This document shows, piece by piece, positions 1 through 10,686 of a stretch of 32,000 bases of DNA. The notes beneath the pieces were generated by a model. The model was not told where the DNA came from. It did not search any database and worked only from the letters and a program-made list of their open reading frames with translations. The stretch spans positions 600,001-632,000 of the forward strand of contig NZ_CP080507.1 in the NCBI RefSeq assembly GCF_019464535.1. The letters are read 5' to 3'. This DNA comes from Horticoccus luteus. Lineage in GTDB: Bacteria; Verrucomicrobiota; Verrucomicrobiia; Opitutales; Opitutaceae. The stretch's first letter is position 1. The number at the start of each line of letters is the position of its first letter. Made by a program: the position numbers and the translations under genes.

Positions 1-516
1 GCGTTCCTCGGCGGGTTGGCCGATGAAGAGCACGGTGCCCGACCAGTGTTCGCGCAACGCGGCGAGTTCGCGCGCGGTGCCGGCGAGGACGGTCATGTGG
101 ATATCGTGGCCGCAGGCGTGCATGACGGGGACCTCGCGGCCGGTGGGATCGGTGGCGCGCGCCGCGCTCGCGTAAGGGAGGCCGGTTTCTTCGGCGACGG
201 GCAGCGCGTCGAGATCGGTGCGGAGGAGGAGCGTGGGGCCGGGACCGTTTTTCAGGAGGGCGACGAGGCCATGGCCGCCAAAGTTTTCCGTGACGTCGCA
301 ACCCGCGGCGCGGAGTTCGGCGGCGAGTTTTTGGGCGGTGCGGGCTTCCTGGAGGGAGAGCTCGGGGTGCGCGTGAAGGTCTTGATAGAAGGCATCGAGG
401 GCGGGGTAATCGGCGGCGACCTTTTCGGCGACGAGCTGACGCAAGGCCGGCGTGGGCGCGGCCGCGAGGACGGAGGTGGCGCACAGAAACAGCAGCGGGC
501 GGAGGGTGGCGGTCAT
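1..516 (-). CDS. M20-family amidohydrolase/peptidase, N-terminal 172 codons (3' end runs off the window)
   Basis: Absent from the ORF track because it has no stop in the window. My translation of the reverse strand from the ATG at 514-516 gives MTATLRPLLFLCATSVLAAAPTPALRQLV...DLDALPVAEETGLPYAS...VMHACGHDIHMTVLAG...TVLFIGQPAEER. It has a signal-like N-terminus plus the HACGHD and QPAEE metal-ligand motifs typical of M20D amidohydrolases. Its start overlaps the upstream gene stop as ATGA (513-516). Confidence 0.8.
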   Translation of the reverse strand, partial: MTATLRPLLFLCATSVLAAAPTPALRQLVAEKVAADYPALDAFYQDLHAHPELSLQEARTAQKLAAELRAAGCDVTENFGGHGLVALLKNGPGPTLLLRTDLDALPVAEETGLPYASAARATDPTGREVPVMHACGHDIHMTVLAGTARELAALREHWSGTVLFIGQPAEER

Positions 517-1640
517 GGTTTTTCGAAGAAGAAGATCAAGCCGTCGAGCATGGCATCGGTTTCGAGTTTGAGGTGTTGCGCGGGCGGCACGGGCGAGTCG
601 GCGGACGCGGCTTTTTTCTGGGCCGCGAAGGCGGCGTCGGCCGCGGCGCGGGCTTGCGCGATGAACGCCTGCTTCGCTTCGTGAAATGCGCCGCTCTTCG
701 TGAATTGCTGGGCGGTGCCGGGCTGGCCGACGAAGCGGGTGACGAGGTCGTCGCCGATCCAGAGGGCCCATTTGTCGATGTCGGCGAAGTAGACGGCGAG
801 GAGGCCGTCGCGTTCGACGTGGAGCTGTTCGGCGATTTTGTGGATGAAGTTGCCGGGGCGTTGCGCGGGCGTGTCGGGCGTGTATTTCGCGAAGAGCCGC
901 GCGCGGACGCGGTGCCCGGTGGCGCGTTCGAAGTTGGCGAGCTTGTAGTTGAAGGCCTGCGCGCGCGGCGGGTCGGTGGGAAGCAGGTGATCGGGGTCGT
1001 CGAACGGCGCGGAGGGGCCGGGTGTTTTCTCCGCCGGGTAGGGTTTGGCGCGGGCGACGAGGGCGGCGAAGGAGGCCTCGGTGACGCGAAACGCGTCCGC
1101 GGCCGCGCCGACGCGGCGAATGCGCACGGCGTAGATTTTATCGCGCGGCTGGATGCGGGGCAGCACGTAGGCGCCGCTCACGACGCGGCCGAAGACGCTG
1201 TGCAGATAGTTGAGGCGATTGACGGGCGCGAGGGTGATGAAGAATTGCGAGCCGTTGGTGTCAGGCCCGTCGTTGGCCATCGAGAGGATGCCGGCGGCGT
1301 CGTGGCGGAGGCCGGGCACGAATTCGTCGGGAAACGCATAGCCGGGCCCGCCTTCACCCGTGCCGAGGGGATCGCCCGCCTGGATGACGAAGCCGGGCAC
1401 GACGCGGTGAAAAAGGAGGCCGTCGTAAAACGGTTTGCGGGGCGCGGGGCCGAGCGTGCCTTCGGCGAGGCCGACGAAATTGGCGACGGTGAGCGGGGCT
1501 TGTTGAAAGAAAAGTTCGGCGGTGATGACGCCACGCGGGGTGGCGATATCGGCGTAAAGGCCGTCGGGGGGCGGCTCAGCGGCGGGCAGGGTGGCGGCGA
1601 AGCAGAGGGCGAACAAACCGAGCGCAGTCGGTAATTTCAT
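513..1640 (-). CDS. Secreted cyclophilin-type peptidyl-prolyl cis-trans isomerase with a C-terminal extension of about 190 aa
   Basis: ORF 513..1868(-), trimmed to the internal ATG at 1638-1640, which gives the signal peptide MKLPTALGLFALCFAATLPAAEP. Cyclophilin motifs are present: FHRVVPGFVIQAGDP, GGPGYAFPDEF, GILSMANDGPDTNGSQFFIT, HSVFGRVV. The C-terminal half is not cyclophilin. Confidence 0.9.
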   Translation of the reverse strand: MKLPTALGLFALCFAATLPAAEPPPDGLYADIATPRGVITAELFFQQAPLTVANFVGLAEGTLGPAPRKPFYDGLLFHRVVPGFVIQAGDPLGTGEGGPGYAFPDEFVPGLRHDAAGILSMANDGPDTNGSQFFITLAPVNRLNYLHSVFGRVVSGAYVLPRIQPRDKIYAVRIRRVGAAADAFRVTEASFAALVARAKPYPAEKTPGPSAPFDDPDHLLPTDPPRAQAFNYKLANFERATGHRVRARLFAKYTPDTPAQRPGNFIHKIAEQLHVERDGLLAVYFADIDKWALWIGDDLVTRFVGQPGTAQQFTKSGAFHEAKQAFIAQARAAADAAFAAQKKAASADSPVPPAQHLKLETDAMLDGLIFFFEKP

Positions 1641-1719
1641 CCGCGCAGGTTGGGGAATATTCGCGTGCGTCACAACGAAACACTCGCCTGCCTCCGTGGC
1701 GTCTGCCTTTCTCGGCGCC

Positions 1720-2469
1720 GTGAAATCCCGTTTCTTCCCCGCGGTGTTCGCTTTGGCGGTTATTTTGCTCCCGGTCGTGCGCGGCCAGGGGAGCGCGATG
1801 GCGGAGCAGGCGGTGGGGATGCGGGCGCCGCACGAGTTTGCGGACGTGAGCACGCTCGAATGGAGCAAGCTCGTGCCGCCGCCGCCGGCGGCGGAATCGC
1901 TGGCGGCCGAGGGCGATCTTTACTCGGTGCTGCAGATGCAGGCGGCGCGGACGCCGGAGCAAATCGAGTGGGCGCAGCTCGTGGAGAAGGGCGATGTGTT
2001 CGCGTTGTTCGGCGCGGAGGGATTGCTGGGGCCGGATTTTTCGAGGGAAAACTTTCCGGCGCTCGACGCGTTGCTGCACCAGCTCACGGCGGAGTTGCAG
2101 CCGATCAAGCAGGTGGTGAAGGAAAAGTATCAACGCGCCCGACCCTTTCTCGCGGACGTGGCGGTCGAGCCGTGTGTGCAGCGGCCCGACAGCGATTCGT
2201 ATCCGAGCGGGCATGCGTTCAATGCGCATGTGTGGGCGCGCGTGCTGGCGGAGATTTTTCCCGAGCAGCGGGCGGCGTTGATCGCGCGGGCCGATTACAT
2301 CGGTTGGGGCCGCGTGATCGGCGGCGTGCATTTCCCGACGGATCTCGTCGCGGGCCGCCGACTGGCGGTGGCGGTGATGGCGCGGGAAATGAAGAATCCG
2401 GCGTTTCGCGAAGCGATCGAGGCGTGTCGCGCCGAGGCGGCGAAGTTGAAGACCAAGAAAGCCGCTTAA
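1720..2469 (+). CDS. PAP2-superfamily (class A acid phosphatase-like) phosphatase, exported
   Basis: ORF 1591..2469(+). All three PAP2 motifs are present: KEKYQRARPF, YPSGHA and GRVIGGVHFPTD. The start is uncertain. I chose the GTG at 1720, which gives a signal-like VKSRFFPAVFALAVILLPVVRG; the ATG at 1798 is an alternative. Confidence 0.85.
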   Translation: MKSRFFPAVFALAVILLPVVRGQGSAMAEQAVGMRAPHEFADVSTLEWSKLVPPPPAAESLAAEGDLYSVLQMQAARTPEQIEWAQLVEKGDVFALFGAEGLLGPDFSRENFPALDALLHQLTAELQPIKQVVKEKYQRARPFLADVAVEPCVQRPDSDSYPSGHAFNAHVWARVLAEIFPEQRAALIARADYIGWGRVIGGVHFPTDLVAGRRLAVAVMAREMKNPAFREAIEACRAEAAKLKTKKAA

Positions 2470-2472
2470 GGC

Positions 2473-3366
2473 TCAGGCGAGTTGCAGGCGGCCGGCGTGC
2501 TCGGTGACGCGGAAGAAGCGCGGGTGCTCGGGCGGCGGATCGTTGGGGGCGTGCAGCGTGAGATAACGCGCACCGTCGAAGCCGTCGAAGAGCATGGCGT
2601 GCCCGCCGTTGTCGCGGAAGAGCGGCTCCGCATCCGCGTGCCACGGTCCGCGCAACGTGCCGCTCGTAGAACGGGCGACGCCGGTGGTGTAGCCGGTGGC
2701 GCTCCAACTGGAAAACAGCAGGCACAATTCGCCGTTGCCGGCGCGAAACGGGAAGGGACCGTCGGATACGTAAACGGGCGGCTGTCGGTCGCGCGCCCAC
2801 GGTGGCACGACTGCCCAGGGCACGGTGCTGATGCGGAAGAGTTCGAACGCGTCGCCGCGGCTGGCGGTCAGGTCGTCATTCAAACCCACGGCGGCAAATG
2901 AGCCGTCGTGAATCTGGAGCCATTCGTGGGCGAAGATCATCGACGGCCGTCCGTCGGCGTCGACAAAGAGCGTGCCATCGAGACATTCCCACTCGGCGGG
3001 AGTGAGTGGCGCGGGGGCGTGCGGCACGAAGGGGCCGAGCGGATGAGCGGCGACGAGGACTTGGGTGCCGCGGCGAACGTCCGCGGCCTTGAAACTCGCG
3101 AACAGGTAGTAGCGGCCGCGCCAGTGATGCACTTCCGGCGCCCAATAATGATGCGTGGCCCAGAAATCTGCGGCGGGGCGAAAGACGGGAAACGGGCCTT
3201 CCCAGGAATGGAGATCGCGGCTGCGGTAGGCGTCGAAGCCCGTGCCCGGCGCCTCCGTGCAGGCGTGCGGATCGGTGGTGCCGTAGAGGTAATAGGTTTG
3301 CTCGGCGGCGACCGGCAGCACGAAGGGATCGCGCAGGTGAATTTCCTGAGGCGAGAGCAGGGGCAT
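2473..3366 (-). CDS. Glycoside hydrolase family 43-like (beta-xylosidase / arabinofuranosidase type)
   Basis: ORF 2473..3396(-). The N-terminal LRDPFV catalytic-Asp motif, YYLYGT, HYWAPEV..RGRYYLF, a CLDGT segment and a further SDGPFPF segment fit the GH43 five-bladed propeller pattern. Start taken at the second ATG (3364-3366, MPLLSPQEIHLRDPFV). Confidence 0.8.
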   Translation of the reverse strand: MPLLSPQEIHLRDPFVLPVAAEQTYYLYGTTDPHACTEAPGTGFDAYRSRDLHSWEGPFPVFRPAADFWATHHYWAPEVHHWRGRYYLFASFKAADVRRGTQVLVAAHPLGPFVPHAPAPLTPAEWECLDGTLFVDADGRPSMIFAHEWLQIHDGSFAAVGLNDDLTASRGDAFELFRISTVPWAVVPPWARDRQPPVYVSDGPFPFRAGNGELCLLFSSWSATGYTTGVARSTSGTLRGPWHADAEPLFRDNGGHAMLFDGFDGARYLTLHAPNDPPPEHPRFFRVTEHAGRLQLA

Positions 3367-3461
3367 GTTATCCAAGGGGCGTTGGCCCGGCGCCAAAAAG
3401 TCGGTGGCGCCGGAGCGGCGAGGGTGTTGTCACGACCTTCGTGACCAAGAGCGAAGCGCGC

Positions 3462-4334
3462 TCAGGGGATGCGCAATTCCGTGCCGACGACGAGCGCGTC
3501 TTCGTTGGTGATGACGTCGCGGTTGGCGTTGAGAATTTCGGGCCAGCGATTGGCGTCGCCGTAGTAATGGCGGGCGATTTTGCGCAGGGTGTCGCCCAGA
3601 ACGACGGTGTGGACTTGCGGACCGGCGGGCGTCGCGGGCGCAGTCGTGGCCGGTGTGGGCGCGGCGTCGGGAGCGGACGCGGGCGCGGGCGCCGTGGTGG
3701 GCGGTGGGGTGGCGGTGGCGGCGGCGGACGCGGTGTTCGGGCGGAGCGGGGCCGCGAGCGTGGAGCCGGGCGGAGGCGCGAGGAGTGCGAGGCGCGTCTT
3801 CAGGTCGTGATTTTGGGCGGCGAGCGCAGCGGCTTCGGCCTGCATCTGGCGGGCCTGCTCGCGCATTTGTCCGGCTTCGCCGGCGGCGGCGCTCACTTGC
3901 TGCAACTGCGTGTTGAGCGATTCGACTTGGGCGCGGACGTCGGCGAGTTGCTGCTGCAGCGCGGTTTTTTCGGCGTCGGATTTCTCGAGCGCGGCGGCGA
4001 GTTTGTCGTGTTCGTCGCGCATGAGCGTATAGCTGCGGAGGGCGGTGGAGAGGTTGGATGCGAGGCGGTCGCGCTCCGCCGCGAGGTCGGCGGTGGGATC
4101 GGCGGGAGCGGCGGGTGCCGCGCTGGCGTCGGCGGGCGATGCATCGGCGGCCGCGGGCGCGGTGGCGTTCGGGGCCGGAGGCGGCGCGACGTCCGGGGAT
4201 GTTTTCGCGGCGGGCGTCGGCGTTTGGGGGGCGGGGGCGGGGGCGGCGGGAGTCGGTGCGGGATCGGCGGCGGCGAGGGCGACCGCGGCGGGCAGGAGCG
4301 TGAGCAGGGCGGCGAATCGGAGGCGGCAGTTCAT
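3462..4334 (-). CDS. Secreted Pro/Ala-rich coiled-coil protein with C-terminal LysM domain
   Basis: This is only the 3' third of the 835-aa track ORF 3462..5969(-). The real start is the ATG at 4332-4334, giving the signal peptide MNCRLRFAALLTLLPAAVALAAA. It has a long heptad-like segment (EKSDAEKTALQQQLADVRAQVESLNTQLQQ) and a terminal LysM (HTVVLGDTLRKIARHYYGDANRWPEILNANRD). Confidence 0.8.
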   Translation of the reverse strand: MNCRLRFAALLTLLPAAVALAAADPAPTPAAPAPAPQTPTPAAKTSPDVAPPPAPNATAPAAADASPADASAAPAAPADPTADLAAERDRLASNLSTALRSYTLMRDEHDKLAAALEKSDAEKTALQQQLADVRAQVESLNTQLQQVSAAAGEAGQMREQARQMQAEAAALAAQNHDLKTRLALLAPPPGSTLAAPLRPNTASAAATATPPPTTAPAPASAPDAAPTPATTAPATPAGPQVHTVVLGDTLRKIARHYYGDANRWPEILNANRDVITNEDALVVGTELRIP

Positions 4335-4389
4335 CGGTGGAAAAACGCTACACGGGCGGGGCGGATAAACAATCCGATCTCGCATTGGG

Positions 4390-5889
<1,500 letters not shown>

Positions 5890-6169
5890 AGGCGGACCAT
5901 AAGGTGATTGGGCTGGCCGCCAAGTCTGCGGTGGCCGGGGCGGGGCGGGACGCGACGGGGAGCTTGCAACAGGAGGTCGCGTGCTTACGAGTTGGCCGCT
6001 TAATGTCTGCCGCACGTCCCGATTTCGATCGTGGCCTTGTCTCCGTGATCGATCACGGGAGGCGGCGGAAGTTGAAATGCGTGGAACCGGAGGGGGCGGG
6101 CGGAAGACGCAAGGCAGATTCCGCGTGTCGGGCCCCGGAGAGCGCGGCGATGAGGAGGGGAACTCTTTC

Positions 6170-7348
6170 ATGAAAACTGGAATCGGTCGGTGTTTTCCGC
6201 GGATCCGGATGCAACTGGCGGCGGTGGGGCTGGCGCTGGTGGCCGGGTGGTCGGCCGGGTGCGACCGAAGCGCCGAGGGCAAAGGCAAGGCGGACGAGGC
6301 GCCGCCGGTGCCGGTGCAAACGGCGGTCGCGGTGCAGCGCGACGTGCCGCGGACGGTCGATTCGATCGGCGCGGTGCAGGCGTTGCGCACGGTGGCGATC
6401 AAGTCGCAGGTGGACGGGATCATTGCGCAGATTCATTTCCGCGAAGGCGACGAAGTGAAGGCAGGCGATCTGCTCGTGACGCTCGACCGGCGGCCGTTTG
6501 AAAACAGCCTGCGGATCGCGCGCGCCAGTCTCGCGAATGCGCAGGCCGAAGCGGAAAAGGCGACGGCGGACCTTAATCGTTACAAGCGCCTGCAGGAGCA
6601 GCAGGCGATTTCGCAGGAGCAGTTTGCCGAGCTGTCGACGAAGGCGGCGACGACCGAAGCGCAGTTGCAAGGCGCGCAGGCGGGGGTGGCCAACGCGGAG
6701 CTGCAACTGGGTTACACGGAAATTCGGGCGCCGATCGCCGGGCGCACGGGGCAGTTGATTCTACACGAAGGTGCGCTGGTGAAAGCGAACGATGTGAACC
6801 AATCGATCGTGACGGTGAACCAGCTCACGCCGATGGGCGTGGCCTACGCGGTGCCGGAGGATGCGTTGCCCGAAATCCGCGCGGCGCTCGCGCAGCATCG
6901 CGTGCATGTGACCGTGGCGGATCGCGCGGAGAGCACGACGCCGATCGAGGGCAAGCTGGAGTTTGTCGACAACGCCGTCGACGCGACGACGGGCACGATC
7001 ACGTTGAAGGCGACTTTCCCGAACGAGGATCACTCGTTGTGGCCGGGGCAATTCGTGCATGTGACGACGGAGACCGGCGTCGATCGCGGGGCAGTCGTGG
7101 TGCCGACCGCGGCGGTGGAAAACGGGCAAAGCGGGTCGCAGGTGTTCGTCGTGGATGCGGCGCACAAGGTGGCTTTGCGCCCGGTGAAAATCGAGCGCAC
7201 GACCGGGGATTTTGCGCTCGTGACCGGAGTGCAGGCGGGTGAAACGGTGGTGACGGACGGGCAGTTGCGACTCGTGCCGGGAGTGCGCGTCGAGGCGAAG
7301 GATCTCAGCGGCCAGGCGCCGGCGGCGGAGGCGGAGGCAGCGCGATGA
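6170..7348 (+). CDS. RND efflux membrane-fusion (periplasmic adaptor) protein, lipoprotein
   Basis: ORF 5981..7348(+), with the start taken at ATG 6170 ([31 protein letters not shown], lipobox). HlyD/AcrA-like features are present: the biotinyl-lipoyl-like [11 protein letters not shown], a coiled-coil hairpin ([23 protein letters not shown]), [13 protein letters not shown], and a beta-barrel/MP domain. Its stop overlaps the pump start as ATGA (7345-7348). Confidence 0.9.
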   Translation: MKTGIGRCFPRIRMQLAAVGLALVAGWSAGCDRSAEGKGKADEAPPVPVQTAVAVQRDVPRTVDSIGAVQALRTVAIKSQVDGIIAQIHFREGDEVKAGDLLVTLDRRPFENSLRIARASLANAQAEAEKATADLNRYKRLQEQQAISQEQFAELSTKAATTEAQLQGAQAGVANAELQLGYTEIRAPIAGRTGQLILHEGALVKANDVNQSIVTVNQLTPMGVAYAVPEDALPEIRAALAQHRVHVTVADRAESTTPIEGKLEFVDNAVDATTGTITLKATFPNEDHSLWPGQFVHVTTETGVDRGAVVVPTAAVENGQSGSQVFVVDAAHKVALRPVKIERTTGDFALVTGVQAGETVVTDGQLRLVPGVRVEAKDLSGQAPAAEAEAAR

Positions 7349-10300
7349 ATCTGCCGGCGTTGTGCATCCGGCGGCCGGTGATGACGTCGCTGCTCACCGC
7401 GGCGTTATGCGTGTTTGGCGTGATGGCTTACCGGCTGCTGCCGGTGAGCGATCTGCCCAACGTGGATTTTCCGACGATCGTGGTGTCGGCTTCGCTGCCG
7501 GGCGCCACGCCTGAGACGATGGCGTCGGCAGTCGCGACGCCGCTCGAACAGCAGTTTTCGACGATCGCCGGCATCGATTCGATGACGTCCACGAGCTCGC
7601 TCGGCTCCACGTCGATCACGTTGCAGTTCACGTTGGAGCGGAGCATCGATGCGGCGGCGCAGGACGTGCAGGCATCGATCGCCGCGGTGCAGCGCCTGCT
7701 GCCGCAGGACATGCCGGCGCCGCCTTCCTTCCGGAAGACCAACCCGGCCGATCAACCGGTGCTGTATCTGGCGCTGAGTTCGCCGACGCTGCCGCTTTCG
7801 GTGGTGGATGAATACGCGGAAGCGAATCTCGCGCAGCGCATTTCGACGGTGGAGGGCGTGGCGCAAGTGCAGGTGTTCGGTTCGCAGAAATACGCGTTGC
7901 GCGTGCAGCTCGATCCGCGCGCGCTCGCGAGCCGCGGCATCACGCTCGATGAAGTGCAGACGGCGCTGGCGGCGCACAACGTGAACCTGCCGACGGGCGT
8001 GCTCGACGGCAACCGGCAGGCGATGACGATCATCGCGACCGGGCAGCTCACGAGTGTGGCGGAGTTCAACCAGATCGTCGTCGCGTATCGCAATGGCGCG
8101 CCGGTGCGGCTCGGGCAGCTCGCGAAGGTGATCGACAGCGTGCAGGAAAACCGGGTCGCGAGCTGGTATTACGACCAGAACGGCGGCAACCGTGCGGTGG
8201 TGCTCTCGATCCAGCGGCAGCCGGGCACGAATACGGTGGAAGTGGTGCAGCGCGTGAAGGCGTTGATCCCGGCGTTCAGCGAACAACTGCCGGCGTCGGT
8301 GAAGCTCAACGTGCTCTTCGACCGCTCCACGACGGTGCGCGAGTCGGTGGACGACGTGCAGTTCACGCTGTTGCTTTCGATCGCGCTGGTGGTGCTGGTG
8401 ATCTTCATTTTTTTGCGCACGCTGACGGCGACCATCATTCCGGGCGTGGCGATTCCGATGGCGCTGCTGGGGACGTTCATCGCGATGTATTTCTTCGGCT
8501 ACACGCTGGATAATTTGTCGCTGCTCGCGCTCACGCTCTCGGTGGGCTTCGTCGTGGACGACGCGATCGTGATGCTGGAAAACATCGTGCGTTACATCGA
8601 GCAGGGCATGTCGGTGCGCGAGGCGGCGTTCAAAGGCGCCGGCGAAATTGGGTTCACGATTTTGTCGATGACGCTCTCGCTCGTGGCGGTGTTCATCCCG
8701 GTGCTCTTCATGGGCGGCATCCTCGGGCGGTTGCTGCATGAATTCGCGGTGACGATCACGGCATCGATTTTGGTGTCGGGCGTGGTGTCGCTGACGCTGA
8801 CGCCGATGTTGTGCAGCCGTTTTTTGAAACCGCACCGGGGGCATGACGCGACGAGGCATGGGAAACTCTACCAACTGAGCGAACGCGGCTTCGAGGCGAT
8901 GGTGGCGTTCTACGAGCGCACGCTGGGGCACGCGATGAAGCACCGGTTGCTCACCGTCTGCGTCGCGTTGGCGATGGTCGTGCTCACGGTCGTCGTCGCC
9001 CGGCAACTGCCGACGGGGTTCATCCCGACCGACGACACGGGCCAGATTTTCGCGTTCACCGAGGCGGCGCAGGATGTGTCGTTCGCGGAGATGACGGCGC
9101 ATCAAGAGGCGGCGGCGGCGGTGGTGGCGAAAAATCCCAACGTCGAAGCGTTCATGTCGGCGATCGGCGCGAGCAAATCGTCATCGACGGGCAACCAAGG
9201 GCGGATGTTTATGCGCCTCAAACCGCGCAATGAACGCCCGCCGGCGGCGGAGATCGTGCAGGATCTCCGGCACGAGTTGTCCGCGATCCCCGGCCTGAAG
9301 GCGTATCCGCAATTGCTGCCGCCGATCCGCATCGGCGGTTCGCTGACGAAGGCGTTGTATCAATTCACGTTGTTCGGCAGCGATCTGAAGGAGCTCTACG
9401 CCGCGGCGCAAAAGATGGAGGTGAAAATGCGCGGGATCGCCGGGTTGCAGGATGTGAACTCCGACTTGCAGATCTCAAATCCACAGTTGCGCGTGAACAT
9501 CAAGCGCGACCGGGCGGCGGCGCTCGGCATCACGCCGCAGCAGATCGAGGATGCGCTCTACAGCGCGTTTGGCTCGCGCCAGGTTTCCACGATCTACACG
9601 CCGACGAACCAGTATTACGTCATCATGGAGATGGCGCCGGATTTCCAGAAAACCCCGGAAGCGCTGGCGCAACTCTATCTCCGCAGCCGTGGCGGGAAAA
9701 CGGTGCCGCTCGACACCGTGGCGTCGCTCGATCGCTCGGTCGGCCCGTTGACCGTTAATCATCTGGGGCAGGTGCCGGCGGTGACGATTTCGTTCAACTT
9801 GCGACCTGGCGTATCGCTTGGCGAGGCGTCCAGCGCCATCACGGAGCTCGCGCGCAAGGAATTGCCGGCGACGATCAGCTATGGGTTTCAGGGCTCGGCC
9901 CAGGCGTTCGCGTCGTCGATGCGCGGGCTCGGCTTGCTACTCCTCATGGCGGTGCTCGTGATCTACATCGTGCTTGGGATTTTGTATGAGGATTTCATCC
10001 ATCCGCTGACGATCCTCTCGGGATTGCCGGCGGCGAGTTTCGGGGCGTTGGCGACGCTGTGGCTTTTCCACCAGGAGCTGAATGTGATGGGATACGTGGG
10101 CATCATCCTGCTCGTCGGCATCGTGAAGAAGAATGCGATCATGATGATCGATTTCGCGCTGGCGACGCGCGCGCAAGGGGAGATGTCCGCCGAGGTGGCG
10201 ATCAAGCGGGCGTGTGTCGTGCGCTTCCGGCCGATCATGATGACGACGTTCGCGGCGCTCGCCGGTGCGATTCCGATTGCGCTCGGCTTGGGCGCGGGCG

Positions 10301-10476
10301 CGGAATCGCGCCGCCCGCTGGGCCTCGCGGTGGTCGGCGGCCTCATCGTTTCGCAGATGCTGACGCTTTATATTACGCCGGTGATTTACGTGTATATGGA
10401 CAAATTCACCGCGCGCTTGCGGCGGCGGCCGACGCTCCCGCATTTGATGGAGCCGATCGAAGCCGGCGCGAAGTAG
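7345..10476 (+). CDS. RND (AcrB/MdtB-type, HAE1) inner-membrane efflux transporter
   Basis: 1043-aa ORF with a typical RND N-terminus (CIRRPVMTSLLTAAL..G..AY..LPVSDLPNVDFPTIVV), 12-TM topology, two large periplasmic loops, and conserved VGFVVDDAIVMLENI and GIVKKNAIMMIDFA segments. No outer-membrane factor gene follows it. Confidence 0.97.
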   Translation: MNLPALCIRRPVMTSLLTAALCVFGVMAYRLLPVSDLPNVDFPTIVVSASLPGATPETMASAVATPLEQQFSTIAGIDSMTSTSSLGSTSITLQFTLERSIDAAAQDVQASIAAVQRLLPQDMPAPPSFRKTNPADQPVLYLALSSPTLPLSVVDEYAEANLAQRISTVEGVAQVQVFGSQKYALRVQLDPRALASRGITLDEVQTALAAHNVNLPTGVLDGNRQAMTIIATGQLTSVAEFNQIVVAYRNGAPVRLGQLAKVIDSVQENRVASWYYDQNGGNRAVVLSIQRQPGTNTVEVVQRVKALIPAFSEQLPASVKLNVLFDRSTTVRESVDDVQFTLLLSIALVVLVIFIFLRTLTATIIPGVAIPMALLGTFIAMYFFGYTLDNLSLLALTLSVGFVVDDAIVMLENIVRYIEQGMSVREAAFKGAGEIGFTILSMTLSLVAVFIPVLFMGGILGRLLHEFAVTITASILVSGVVSLTLTPMLCSRFLKPHRGHDATRHGKLYQLSERGFEAMVAFYERTLGHAMKHRLLTVCVALAMVVLTVVVARQLPTGFIPTDDTGQIFAFTEAAQDVSFAEMTAHQEAAAAVVAKNPNVEAFMSAIGASKSSSTGNQGRMFMRLKPRNERPPAAEIVQDLRHELSAIPGLKAYPQLLPPIRIGGSLTKALYQFTLFGSDLKELYAAAQKMEVKMRGIAGLQDVNSDLQISNPQLRVNIKRDRAAALGITPQQIEDALYSAFGSRQVSTIYTPTNQYYVIMEMAPDFQKTPEALAQLYLRSRGGKTVPLDTVASLDRSVGPLTVNHLGQVPAVTISFNLRPGVSLGEASSAITELARKELPATISYGFQGSAQAFASSMRGLGLLLLMAVLVIYIVLGILYEDFIHPLTILSGLPAASFGALATLWLFHQELNVMGYVGIILLVGIVKKNAIMMIDFALATRAQGEMSAEVAIKRACVVRFRPIMMTTFAALAGAIPIALGLGAGAESRRPLGLAVVGGLIVSQMLTLYITPVIYVYMDKFTARLRRRPTLPHLMEPIEAGAK

Positions 10477-10510
10477 GGAAGTCCCGCGGGCGGGGATGGT
10501 GGTTTGGCGG

Positions 10511-10528
10511 CTACGTATTCATACGTAG
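10511..10528. repeat. Perfect AT-rich 18-bp palindrome CTACGTAT-TC-ATACGTAG (candidate operator)
   Basis: Read directly from the sequence: 8-bp arms with a 2-nt centre. It lies 35 nt after the RND pump stop and 200 nt upstream of the lipoprotein operon start. Confidence 0.6.
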
Positions 10529-10656
10529 GCAGCACGCGTTTACCTATGAGCCGCGGGTCTAGGCCGACGTGCCCGGCCGCTTGACTTCGATTTTATCAAT
10601 AGGCGTGGTTAATCGCGTCCTATTCAACTTATCGAATCGAGCCATTCGCTGTAGTC

Positions 10657-10686
10657 TCGACTGCTTTAGTGTTCCGGTTATATAAT
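10657..10686 (+). promoter_or_regulatory. Candidate sigma70-type promoter (TCGACT-N18-TATAAT) for the lipoprotein operon
   Basis: A perfect TATAAT lies at 10681-10686 inside the only markedly AT-rich intergenic stretch (about 10590-10700). A near-consensus -35 box lies 18 nt upstream, and the element is about 40 nt from ATG 10728. This rests on pattern match only. Confidence 0.3.

Noticed and set aside
16-684. 222-aa plus-strand ORF at the left edge
   Set aside because: It is antisense to the M20 amidohydrolase (1-516) and the PPIase 3' end, both of which carry strong family motifs. It also starts with TTG and is Gly/Ala/Arg-rich.
7405-9105. 566-aa minus-strand ORF inside the RND pump gene
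   Set aside because: It is antisense to a full-length, motif-rich RND transporter. The translation is dominated by R, H, D and E runs (HRDEHRHERERHRQNRE), which is characteristic of a GC-rich shadow frame.
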